Shown here: positions 28,538 through 38,484 of the stretch, in pieces
How the letters are laid out: every line of letters starts with the position of its first letter
Numbering within the stretch: position 1 is the first letter of the stretch
Source: an uncultured Thermoplasmatales archaeon
GTDB taxonomy: Archaea > Thermoplasmatota > E2 > DHVEG-1
DNA length: 64,000 nt
Direction: 5' to 3'
Assembly: GCA_964347865.1 (NCBI GenBank)
Contig: CAYGAC010000044.1
Location: forward strand, 105,206 to 169,205
Position numbers and translations under genes: made by a program
The notes under the pieces: model-generated
What the model saw: the letters and a program-made list of their open reading frames with translations, nothing else
Database searches by the model: none
What the model was told of the DNA's origin: nothing

Positions 28538-28702
28538 ATGAAAAAAGCTGAGAAATGCATAACTTGCGGTAAAGGACTTCTTGAACGGGGAAGTACAACA
28601 TTTCAATGCCCAACGTGTGATTTAATTATAGGGAGATGCAATAGTTGTAGAGAGCAAAGCATAGAATATGTCTGTCCAAAGTGCGGATTCAAAGGTCCAT
28701 AG
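28538..28702 (+). CDS. Zn-ribbon protein (COG2888-like), the usual upstream partner of aEF-1beta
   Basis: 54 aa and not in the ORF track. MKKAEKCITCGKGLLERGSTTFQCPTCDLIIGRCNSCREQSIEYVCPKCGFKGP*, which has four CxxC pairs. Confidence 0.6.
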   Translation: MKKAEKCITCGKGLLERGSTTFQCPTCDLIIGRCNSCREQSIEYVCPKCGFKGP

Positions 28703-28711
28703 GGGGTTTAT

Positions 28712-28984
28712 ATGGGGGAAGTAATAGCACTCATTCGTCTTATGCCAGAGGGAGTATTAAGCGATGATGAAATACAATCAATTATTGATGAAGTAAAAAA
28801 TGTAATTAAAGAACCTATAAAACTAGGAAAGGTTGAAGTTAAAGATATTGCTTTTGGTTTGAGAGGTTTGAATGTGACCGTGTCTGTCCCGGATTCAGAG
28901 GGTGGACTAGACCCAGTAGTTGAGATTTTTTCAAAAATTAATAAGGTTGATAATGTTGAAGTAGTTGATGTAGGTAGGATCTAG
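28712..28984 (+). CDS. ef1b: translation elongation factor aEF-1 beta
   Basis: 90 aa. IALIRLMPEGVLSDDEIQSII...IAFGLRGLNVTVSVPDSEGG...VEVVDVGRI matches the archaeal EF-1beta fold and length. Confidence 0.8.
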   Translation: MGEVIALIRLMPEGVLSDDEIQSIIDEVKNVIKEPIKLGKVEVKDIAFGLRGLNVTVSVPDSEGGLDPVVEIFSKINKVDNVEVVDVGRI

Positions 28985-29664
28985 GTTGCTGGTTTATTAG
29001 TATAATCGATAAAATTATCTAAAGCTGCTTCGCCAATTTCTGTTGGGTAGTAAACAGGGTATGCAGAATTACTAGTGTCCCCATCAATTAATTCTGCCAT
29101 AAACATTTTATTAATATGCCATTTTACTACGTGATGATTTAGTTTTAGTGCATGTGCAATTTCAAGGAGATGTTTTCCTGGATTTTCCTGAAGGTATCGC
29201 ATTATTTCTAAAGCGTTTTTATTTCTAAGTATTGCTTCTGCAATTGCTTGTTTTCTTGATTCTATACCACCCTCAACAAGATAATAAACCTTTTTTCCCC
29301 CTATGTATCTACTACGAACTAGATTTGTCTGCTCCAATTTACGTAGATGCCATGCAGCGTTACTTGGTTTTAAATCAAGTTCTCTAGCAATTTCTCTAAG
29401 ATGTGAACCTGGACACTCATCAATATATTCATAGAGATTTTTTCTAATCTCCGTGTCAAGTACGTTTTCAGGTGTTACATATTTTACTCCACTTGCTAAG
29501 AAAAAGAAACCAGCAATAATTGCAATAGCAGCTATAATAACAGCTAATGTAATCATAATTGAGCTGCTACCATCTGGTCTTAGTAGTGAAGCATTAACAC
29601 TTTCTACCGCAATAAAGAGAGATAAAATAAATAAAACTGAAATAAATTTATTTTTAAAACACAT
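28981..29664 (-). CDS. membrane-anchored transcriptional regulator with two ArsR/wHTH-like domains
   Basis: N-terminal signal/TM segments. The first wHTH-like segment is LYEYIDECPGSHLREIARELDLKPSNAAWHLRKLEQTNLV. The second is LEIMRYLQENPGKHLLEIAHALKL. Confidence 0.45.
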   Translation of the reverse strand: MCFKNKFISVLFILSLFIAVESVNASLLRPDGSSSIMITLAVIIAAIAIIAGFFFLASGVKYVTPENVLDTEIRKNLYEYIDECPGSHLREIARELDLKPSNAAWHLRKLEQTNLVRSRYIGGKKVYYLVEGGIESRKQAIAEAILRNKNALEIMRYLQENPGKHLLEIAHALKLNHHVVKWHINKMFMAELIDGDTSNSAYPVYYPTEIGEAALDNFIDYTNKPAT

Positions 29665-29726
29665 TGATTATCCCATCCTTTTTTTGCACCCTAACTTTTA
29701 TATAAATATTAAAAAGCTTAAAAAGT

Positions 29727-31442
29727 TTACTTATGAGTAAAATAACCAATTATAGCATTTTTTTGTTTTTCGATTCTTACAAAACCAAATCGTTCAAACT
29801 GTACAATTTCACCTGTTTTTAATTTTGCAATCGCTTCTTCTGCAAAACCTTCAATTTTTTCAAGACTATCTTTGTTATAATTGCCATTCAAATAAAGGAG
29901 TCCCGGGATAAAAATACTCATTTTTACAAAGTTTTCAGTTGTCCATTGAATCTTTGCTGAATCAGTTAATAGCTCATCACCAGCAAATTCCGTTAAAATT
30001 TTATCTTTTTTTTCTTTTATTTTAACATTATACAGATCTTTTAATCTAAAGGTATCTCCTATGTTTATTTTTTCGATATCTTCTTTTGGAACATAAAAGT
30101 TGGATCTGGTTTTAATTGTTCTGCTTCCAAGTTTTTCATTAGTAGGATGTAATCGTATTTTTCTCACACCAACTTGTGCACCTTCAACATTGAGTTTGAT
30201 GGGATTTTTTACAAAGAAATATCTTTTAGCAATAGGATCAATTATCTTTCTATTGAATGCTTCTAAAATACCAAATGTTACAGATGATTCAACTTTTGAG
30301 ATCCCTTGAGATAGGATAAATTGTTTGATTGCTTCTGGCAAGATACCTCTTTTTTTTAATCCTCTTAATGTAGGTAATCTAATATCATCAAATCCTGAAA
30401 CCATTCCTTTATCAATCAATGGTTTTATTTTCCGTTTGGAAACTGGCATACCTTCGATAGAAAGACGAGAGAATTCCATGAGATGTGGTTTTCTTAGATT
30501 AAGAAGTTCAAGTAGACGAAAATAACATTCGTCTCGGAGTTCATATTCCTTTGTTCGGAAGGGATGGGTTACTCCACTTAAACTATCCTCAACTGCTCCA
30601 GTGAAATCATATGTGGGCCAAACTCGATATTTATCCCCATGTAATGGATGCTTTTTTTCAATAATTCGAAACAAAGTTGGATCGCGCATTGCAGTATTTG
30701 TAGAACTTAAATCTCCTTTAAATCTAAGAATTACACCATCTATATTGGAATTAATCATACTTCTCCAACGTTCAATATTTTTCCCACTAGTGTTAGTTCT
30801 ACAGTTACATTCTTTACCAAGAAAGCGATTATTTTTAATAATATCAGGAGCGCAGTTACAAACATATGCATCCCCTTGATTAATTAATTGCTTTGCTAAT
30901 TTATAGTGTTTTTCAAGATGATCTGATGTGTGATATTCTTCATCCCATTCTAAATCTAGCCATTTTAGATCTTCTTTTTGTGCATTATAAAATTCAATCT
31001 CAGCATTCTCTGGATTTGTATCATCAAAACGTAGGATAAATTTTCCATCATACATGTGTGCATATTCATAATCAACTATAGCCGCTTTAGCATGACCAAT
31101 ATGAAGATATCCGTTTGGTTCTGGTGGAAACCGAGTAACAACCTTTCCCATTTTTGCATCTGGGAGCTTAGGTAATGAGAAATCTCTTTCTTTTCTTTCT
31201 TTCTTTAAAAGTTCGGGAGCAAGTTTTTCTAGCTCAGTTATCTGCTGTTCAATAGGTACCTTATTAATTTCCGAGCAAATCATACTTGAAATCTTATAAA
31301 TTTCATTTGGAGAGAGATCTTTATCTTTAAAATCAGCAATTACTTTTCCTGCAACAGCTTTGGGATTTGCCGTTCCATTAAATTGTACAGCATTTTGAAG
31401 AGCGTATTTTCGTGCGGATTTTCTTATTTTCTCAACTGACAT
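29727..31442 (-). CDS. gltX: glutamyl-tRNA synthetase, archaeal/eukaryal class I type
   Basis: RFPPEPNGYLHIGHAKAA (HIGH motif). VSKRK (KMSKS-like). Length 571 aa is typical. Confidence 0.85.
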   Translation of the reverse strand: MSVEKIRKSARKYALQNAVQFNGTANPKAVAGKVIADFKDKDLSPNEIYKISSMICSEINKVPIEQQITELEKLAPELLKKERKERDFSLPKLPDAKMGKVVTRFPPEPNGYLHIGHAKAAIVDYEYAHMYDGKFILRFDDTNPENAEIEFYNAQKEDLKWLDLEWDEEYHTSDHLEKHYKLAKQLINQGDAYVCNCAPDIIKNNRFLGKECNCRTNTSGKNIERWRSMINSNIDGVILRFKGDLSSTNTAMRDPTLFRIIEKKHPLHGDKYRVWPTYDFTGAVEDSLSGVTHPFRTKEYELRDECYFRLLELLNLRKPHLMEFSRLSIEGMPVSKRKIKPLIDKGMVSGFDDIRLPTLRGLKKRGILPEAIKQFILSQGISKVESSVTFGILEAFNRKIIDPIAKRYFFVKNPIKLNVEGAQVGVRKIRLHPTNEKLGSRTIKTRSNFYVPKEDIEKINIGDTFRLKDLYNVKIKEKKDKILTEFAGDELLTDSAKIQWTTENFVKMSIFIPGLLYLNGNYNKDSLEKIEGFAEEAIAKLKTGEIVQFERFGFVRIEKQKNAIIGYFTHK

Positions 31443-31443
31443 A

Positions 31444-32460
31444 CTATTTTTCTCTTTGTATCGAATAATCAGCTAACCTCTCCAAAATATTTTTAGCTTC
31501 TGAATCTTCAAGAAGCTCTAAAGCATCTTTTGCTTTTTTATTATAATTTAGTGCAGTATTCCGTGCATAATCTATAGATCCCATCTCTTTAAAAAGAGTG
31601 AAAATTCGTGTTATATCATCATCCGAGGCTTTTTTATTTCCAAACACTTCATCCAATAGTTTCCTGTTTTCGGCAGTTGCATTTTGTAACGTATGGACTG
31701 CTATGAGGGTTTTTTTACCATTTCTAATATCATTTCCAATATCTTTTCCTAAAGTTTTTTCATCACTACTGATATCAAGATAATCATCCCATATTTGAAA
31801 TGATAAACCTAATTGCAATCCATATTCTGTTAAAGCATTGATCTCTCTCTGGTTTCCCCCACCAATTATTGCCCCTCCTCTTGCTGAAAGTTCGAATAAT
31901 ACTGCTGTTTTTTTCTGAACCATATTAAAATATTCTTCTTCTGAAATCATTTTTCTTTTTTCAAATTGTATATCAAGTTGTTGTCCTTCACATATATCTA
32001 ATACGCATTTAACAAGGCTATAATCAAGCTCTTTAAACATGGATAAATCTACTGACAAGTCATGAATAGCCTCAAAAGATTTGGCAAAAAGAAAATCTCC
32101 AGTGAGTATTGCTGTAGGTTCTCCAAATTTAACATGAACTGTTGGTAGATTTCTTCTCATATCTGATTTATCCATTATGTCATCATGTACCAACGTAAAA
32201 TTATGAATTATTTCTAACGCTGATGCGAATGGTAGGACATTTTCTACATCTCCAGAGACACTTTCACATGCAAGCATAGCTATACATGGTCTAAGTCTCT
32301 TTCCACTACCTAATGCAATATGTCTAGCTGCATCATAAAGCTCTGCTGGTATGCCCTCTGGCAGATATTTTTTCCAATGCTTGTTAAAAGCCATACATCT
32401 TTTTTCTATTTCAGCATTAAAGTCCATACTCCACTTCCGCATCAGATAATTTTTCAACAT
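31444..32460 (-). CDS. idsA: geranylgeranyl diphosphate synthase (trans-polyprenyl synthase)
   Basis: FARM LVHDDIMD and SARM QIWDDYLD motifs. The true start is probably an internal Met (MDFNAEIEK), which removes the 44-nt overlap with fni. Confidence 0.75.
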   Translation of the reverse strand: MLKNYLMRKWSMDFNAEIEKRCMAFNKHWKKYLPEGIPAELYDAARHIALGSGKRLRPCIAMLACESVSGDVENVLPFASALEIIHNFTLVHDDIMDKSDMRRNLPTVHVKFGEPTAILTGDFLFAKSFEAIHDLSVDLSMFKELDYSLVKCVLDICEGQQLDIQFEKRKMISEEEYFNMVQKKTAVLFELSARGGAIIGGGNQREINALTEYGLQLGLSFQIWDDYLDISSDEKTLGKDIGNDIRNGKKTLIAVHTLQNATAENRKLLDEVFGNKKASDDDITRIFTLFKEMGSIDYARNTALNYNKKAKDALELLEDSEAKNILERLADYSIQREK

Positions 32461-33457
32461 TTTCCGCTCCTATTAAAAACATAGCAGTTCTCAACTCTTT
32501 AATGATTACTTCTAGTTCAAAAATTGTAGATTGTTGATCTTGGGTTGCTGGTTTTAAAAGAGAATGAGCAATACCTGCGGCATTTGCTCCTAATGCTAGG
32601 GCTTTTGTTACATCCAGTCCATTTCGAATACCGCCAGTTGCAATAATTGGTAGCTCCCAATTAGTAGCTTCTCCAACCTCAAGGATTGATGTTGGTGTTG
32701 GTATTCCCCAATCCCAAAAGGTTTGTCCTTCTCTCATATTATGCTTATCTCCTTTAATTTTAGCACGATAATATTCTACTGCTGAGAAAGAAGTACCACC
32801 GGCACCACCTACATCAATACCTGCAATATTTGTTTTTTTAAGGCGTTCAGCGACGTTATACGAAATACCTGCTCCACTCTCTTTTACTAATATTGGTATA
32901 CCTAATTCTTTCGAAAGCATACCTATAGTTTTTAAACAATCCTTCGCATGAGCTTCTCCTTCAGGTTGAATGACCTCCTGTAAAAAATTTAGACAGACTG
33001 CAAGAATATCTGCATTTATCATATCAACTATTTTACCAGCATTTTCTAAAATTTTTTTCTTATCCCATAACACTATCTGAGATGCTCCAATGTTTGCGAT
33101 TTTTAAAGGAATATTATAATTGTTTATTATGCTATAAGTATCTTTTAATTCATAATTTTCAAGAGCGGCTCTTTGGGAACCAACTCCCATTGCAATGTGA
33201 AATTTTTCTGCAGCGGCAGCAAGATTTTCATTAATTTTTTTACCCTCTGAATAACCACCCGTCATTGCAGATATTACCAAGGGTGCTCCCAGCTTTTTTC
33301 CAAATAATTCAATTGATAAATCAATTTCATCCTCGTTTATTTCAGGTAATGCATTATGAATGAGTATAACATCATCCCAGTAATTATGATGCGCGGATAC
33401 ATTTTCTTTTAATGATATATCGATATGCTCACGTTTCCTCTCTTCTGTTTGGTTCAT
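32417..33457 (-). CDS. fni: isopentenyl-diphosphate delta-isomerase, type 2 (FMN-dependent)
   Basis: N-terminal RKREHIDISL. FMN/TIM-barrel motifs IIATGGIRNGLD and GGAGGTSFSAVE. Confidence 0.8.
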   Translation of the reverse strand: MNQTEERKREHIDISLKENVSAHHNYWDDVILIHNALPEINEDEIDLSIELFGKKLGAPLVISAMTGGYSEGKKINENLAAAAEKFHIAMGVGSQRAALENYELKDTYSIINNYNIPLKIANIGASQIVLWDKKKILENAGKIVDMINADILAVCLNFLQEVIQPEGEAHAKDCLKTIGMLSKELGIPILVKESGAGISYNVAERLKKTNIAGIDVGGAGGTSFSAVEYYRAKIKGDKHNMREGQTFWDWGIPTPTSILEVGEATNWELPIIATGGIRNGLDVTKALALGANAAGIAHSLLKPATQDQQSTIFELEVIIKELRTAMFLIGAENVEKLSDAEVEYGL

Positions 33458-34236
33458 TTCTTTTCACCTAAAATTAACGTGTGTTTTGTTCCTTTTCCAA
33501 TCAATGTATAATATAATCTGTTATCTATATTGCCATTCAACATAACAACATCAATTCCTAAATTAGCAATGTTTTTAATAGTTGCAATTTTACCTTCCAT
33601 TCCTTTGGTTACATCAGCATGACTATCAGAAGAGGTAATTAGGTTTTCTAATTCATCTATTGTAGATTTTTCAATAAATTCTGCATTTTTATTTATCTTT
33701 GGATTTGAGTTATATAATCCATCTTCATCTAAAACGAAGATTACTTTTTCAGGTTTAAAATGTTCTGCAAGCATTTGTATCAAAAGATCACCTGAACAGA
33801 TAGAAAAACCTAGTTTCTCATCTAATACTACATCTCCAAAGGTTACTGGAGTGAAACCCTTTTCTAGATATTCTCTGAATACATAATAATCCATCTTCAC
33901 TGGTTTATGATTATTGAGTTTTAATATAACATGTGGAGGTATTGATACAGCTATAATACCATTTTCATGTAATGAGTTTAGTACCAATGAATTTAATTTT
34001 TGAACCATAGCATGGGTAAGTGAAAAACCTTTTAGCTGATCTTCGTTTTTGTGTCCCTCGTTCAACATATACTCTTTTGCAAGAATATGTCCGAATGATC
34101 CTGCTCCATGAACTAATATAACTTCCTTATTTGCCTTATTTACTTCGAGAGATAGTTTATCCATTATTTCTTTCTTGAACTCGGATTTCTTCGATTTGTC
34201 CGTTATTACACTACCACCAAGTTTTACAACAAACAT
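33454..34236 (-). CDS. ipk: isopentenyl phosphate kinase
   Basis: Amino-acid-kinase fold. VKLGGSVITDK and ILVHGAGSFGH (IPK: VHGGGSFGH). Confidence 0.7.
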   Translation of the reverse strand: MFVVKLGGSVITDKSKKSEFKKEIMDKLSLEVNKANKEVILVHGAGSFGHILAKEYMLNEGHKNEDQLKGFSLTHAMVQKLNSLVLNSLHENGIIAVSIPPHVILKLNNHKPVKMDYYVFREYLEKGFTPVTFGDVVLDEKLGFSICSGDLLIQMLAEHFKPEKVIFVLDEDGLYNSNPKINKNAEFIEKSTIDELENLITSSDSHADVTKGMEGKIATIKNIANLGIDVVMLNGNIDNRLYYTLIGKGTKHTLILGEKK

Positions 34237-34285
34237 CTTCTCCTACATTCAACTAGCAATAAAAAAGGATTTTGATATAGTATTA

Positions 34286-37200
34286 TTATTTTTCCTCTTT
34301 ATTCATTGCTTTTTTCTTTAAAACAGCAATAGCACCTATAATGATAATTAATATGATTAATACCAGTAATAACCAAGATATTCTTTCTGTAAAGGTGATT
34401 TGGACTATTTTGTGTGGATAATTAGTCGCTCCAAAGGGCATATGGCCATCAAGTTCAATATCAGCATCATATCTTAATGTTTGTGGTTTTTCCCAAGTAT
34501 TGGCTTTACTGAAATCGTTATTTGGTACATACATTCTTAGATTGGGATCCCCAAAGTAAACAACATTTTCAGCTGAATCCCACCACCACTGTGGAGGGCC
34601 TCCGTTGTCTCCAATATATAAGATGCCAGTATGCTTCATCCCCTTAACGTATGCCTCACCTACCGTATTACCCAAAATAATATCTCTAGGTATCGATTGG
34701 CGCCATATTGCTCCATACCACGAGGTCGGCCAGGGATCTTGGACTTGAAATACAGAACCATGTCGTATCATCATCAGATGTAAGTAAGTAGTTGATGTTT
34801 GACAAATACTTGTAATGAAACCTACTGAATGAAGATTATCCATTAAAATTTCCATGTCTGATGCATTTTTATCAGCAAGGGGGTATTTTGAAAAGGCAAT
34901 TGTTCCAGTTAGACCATCGTATAAATTTTCAGTGTTTAATCTGAAGGGTATTATTCTAATAATATCTAATAATGTGTTAATTCTTTCTCTAATCGGTTTT
35001 CGAGCAAGTACATAGTCCATTCCAGTTGCCGGGAAAAATAATCCATTAATATTTGTAAAGGGCAAAATTCCTTCGAAGTCCATAGACATAGTATCTGGTT
35101 CTTTTGTTGAATCAAGAAGCCAATCATATCCTCTCCAGGGATTATCTTCTTTTGTTGCCCCGGCAAATATTCCTAAAATTCTGTTTTTCTTAAATCCTTC
35201 CTTAGGGTCCCAAAAAAGAGTAGAGCCACATTGATACTGCATACCATGTGATGCATGTATCCAAAGTATAACCCCCTGATTTAGATTATCCATAACTGAT
35301 TCAAGTTTTGTAGAAAAAACAGCATCAAAACCTCCTTTATTAAGATAAAAAGGGATGACTTCTGATTCTGTCATATCTGGAAAATAACTGCCATCTTGAT
35401 TGTAATACTTTTTATTTATTCCTTGATCAATAGAATTCATGGTAGTATCCACTCCAGGAGTTAAACCGTCAGCACATTGATACTTTGAACCATAATACTT
35501 ACTAGCTCTTTCATTAAATCGATATTTATGAGTTACAAATGAACACAAAACTGGGTACTCAAAATTTTCTTTTTTTGATTCACGCTGTATGCCAAGTGTA
35601 TTAAAAAGTGGATTTCTCAATAATCCTCTAATACCGGATCTAACACTGATACTTCCATTAATTAGCTCTACTGTATGATCAGACCCAACTGCTGGATTTA
35701 CAAAAATTAATCCCGGGTAAAAAACGGAACGGCTGATCCAATATGCTGCATCAATTGGGGTACCCCATATCCTACCAGTTTTTGCTTCTCCTACAAAAAC
35801 ACGATCCCATGGTATACCAATATCATATTGACCTGCTATTGTAATAATTGTTTCTCTTCCTTCCTTATCGAAACCATAATCCTTTAAAAAATTATATGCT
35901 CTTCTTCCAGTCAATACCATATCAGCAACAGAAGGAATATGAGCGTAACGCCCAGCTACATAATTTCTCCAAAATTCAGTATGTCATACCACCGCTGATG
36001 AAAGCTCTGGATGCGTATCAACAATTAAGATTGGGCAACAATGGTGAGCAGCTAGATATGCAGCAGGTCCTAAAAATAGTGCAGCTTCAGTTTCACCTGA
36101 AGGTTGTAATTCTCCCATGTACCAATAAGTCCATGGATCAATAGTTGCAAAAATTAAATCATTACTTTCATTAATAGAATCGTCAACGTTCATTTTTTTT
36201 ATCGAGCGGATATAATCATAAATTTGTCTTAAATCAACAAAATGCTCTGTTATTTTAAATGAATTTTTTATCTTTTTAATTACTTGAGTTGATAATTCTT
36301 TTCCTATGTCTATTAAATGGATATTTTTGATTCCTAATTTTAACAATGCTTGTTCAGTTATTTTTGGAAAATTATCATGGGAAATATAAAGCAGCGGAGC
36401 ATTCATGGTGCTAGCAAGTATTGCTCCTTCAGTTGCTGAAGTAAGTGCATTTCCTTCGGTTTCGGAAAATTTCTGTTTCCATTCATATTCAATTTCAAAA
36501 TCAATAGAACTTCTTACTTCATCCAAAGTAAAAACGGATATAGAATAATTTTCTCCTGGATTACATTCTCCAAGTTGATTTATGTGCATTTCTTGCATCT
36601 TCGTCCTGCTTTTATTTATTGAGGTAAAAATTACTTCTCCGCATGGACCAATTAGTGAAAAACCGAGGCATACATCAGGATTATCCCACATTAGTTTAAA
36701 GGTGGCATCCCTGCAACCAAATGGTGGGGTATCTGGTATAATAAATTCTACACCAGAATATAAAGTGACATCTACATGATAATTTACCTTTGGACTTAGT
36801 GCTTTCAATATTGATCCTTGGACAACAAATATTCCTCCCAATCTACTTTTTCTTGGAGCTTCACCTTCTGTTGGAAAATCTGTTATGCCAATTCTCCATG
36901 AACCAGAATTATAAACATGACCATACGTATATTCATGACCTTTTGGAGAGTATATATTCCAATTAGCGATTGCTGCAGATTGCATCCATTCTCCTTTCTC
37001 TTGACAGAATAATTGTATATCCGGATCTCCTGTGGGAATCATTACTAAATCTCCAAAAAATATTCCATCCCACCACACTTCTGCCTTGATATATTTATAT
37101 TTACTATCTACAGTAAAATCATGATAAATAGGATTTAAAGAATTTGTTTGTTTTAACTCAAAGGTGGGAAGATCGTATACATTTTCCGTTGGGAATTTTC

Positions 37201-37795
37201 CTTTTAAAGTATTTGAAAAAATATAATCAGGTTCTTCAAATTCTTCTTCAATTACTGCAATGACTGCGTTATCTGAATATGACCAATCATGGAGAGCGAT
37301 TTAAGAGGCAATCTCAAAGGGAGTTTTACCTTCAATTGTAATATATTCTGCGGCTGACCATTCTTTTAATTTTTCGTTTTCAACATTTATACAAATTATT
37401 TGATCTAGATTACCACCACAGAAAGAAGACCAATCCACCATAAAATAATCAATTCCAAGATTTGCATTCAATATCTTCTTCTTTTGTTCTTTGAATGTCA
37501 CGTCTTCTTGATAAAATAAAAAAGTGCTTGATAACAATTGGTTTCCATCATTAAAAACAGTAGTCGGAACAGATGCAAGGTATGCATAATCATCTAAATA
37601 GTTTTTATCTTCATAGTTCACAAACGTTGCTTTTTTTAAAGGAACTACTGATTTATAGGAAACACCTTTGGAGTAACCTTCTGTACGAATACTTTCTCGT
37701 AGGGTACTGCTTGCAGGAATAACTAAACTTGCAAGGATGATAAATAAAATAAAAATAATAAAAAATATATTAAGCTTTGAAATCACCGTATTCAC
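34286..37795 (-). pseudogene. large exported, C-terminally membrane-anchored protein (about 1170 codons) interrupted by two in-frame stops
   Basis: ORFs 37301..37795, 35984..37078 and 34286..35920 share one frame, checked codon by codon. An in-frame TAA sits at 37301-37303 and an in-frame TGA at 35984-35986. There are no frameshifts. Signal peptide at the N-terminus, TM anchor at the C-terminus. Confidence 0.5.
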
Positions 37796-37913
37796 AATGT
37801 ATTCCTCCCGAATATTTAGCAGATAATTAAATAAAAATATAAATTTATTATAAATAATTTTTTATGATAAAATATCATCAGATAATAAGAGAATAAAATA
37901 ACGTCTTAGAAGA

Positions 37914-38153
37914 TTATTTTCGTTTTGAAAATAGTGGTTTATCTTTATTTTGTTCGTGTATTAACCAAAGAGCTATAGGCATACCAAATCCAGGATCTTG
38001 CATGACACTTCTTGACCATTCCATCATGTCATTTTCTGATGTATTTTTAGAGCAATCTTCACAAACAAAAACTTTATTATCAAATACAAATCCTGATTGA
38101 TGTTCGTGTAAATGAAATTTATTTCGGCATATTCCACAAATTTTTTCAGGCAT
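37914..38153 (-). CDS. small Zn-ribbon protein
   Basis: 79 aa. CGICRNK...H.HEH...CEDC cysteine/histidine pairs. Confidence 0.35.
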   Translation of the reverse strand: MPEKICGICRNKFHLHEHQSGFVFDNKVFVCEDCSKNTSENDMMEWSRSVMQDPGFGMPIALWLIHEQNKDKPLFSKRK

Positions 38154-38283
38154 ATAAACTCCTCGTTAACACGCTCTAAATATTGCTTATTTAAATCTTC
38201 AATGAATTTAGAGATTAAAATCTTTTGGATGAATAAAAAAAGAAAGAGAGGATGGGATGAATCTGAAAGTTTAATTGGCAGAA

Positions 38284-38309
38284 ATGCCAGCTTAGGAGGA
38301 GGCTGGCAT
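38284..38309. other. perfect 8-bp hairpin ATGCCAGC/GCTGGCAT with loop TTAGGAGGAG, followed by an ATG and an 11-codon ORF
   Basis: Seen directly in the sequence. The SD-like GGAGGAGG sits in the loop. Confidence 0.3.
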
Positions 38310-38484
38310 GTCCCCCGTATCTTACGTCTTATTGAATCCGTAAAGTCTTTTCTTGTTTATATATATGAGAAGGGGTTAACTGAAAGTATTTACTGGCATG
38401 GATTGCATATTATAGAATAAATTTAACAGATTTTAACCAAATAGAATTAATTTCTTAAAACTAAGAAATAACATATAGTTTATA

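Noticed and set aside
35984-37303. In-frame TGA and TAA within the large secreted-protein gene, considered as evidence of stop-codon reassignment or an alternative genetic code
   Set aside because: TAA, TGA and TAG each end many clearly intact genes in this window, for example purF (TAG), xthA (TAA) and yjbQ (TGA). A global recoding is therefore not supported. Selenocysteine at the TGA cannot be excluded, but no SECIS-like structure was evident.
38112-38420. 102-aa plus-strand ORF between the Zn-ribbon and BNR genes
   Set aside because: It has low-complexity, Lys/Arg/Ser-rich composition with no motif, and it overlaps the 3' end of the minus-strand gene 37914..38153. The hairpin with an SD-bearing loop that it contains is the more likely real feature.
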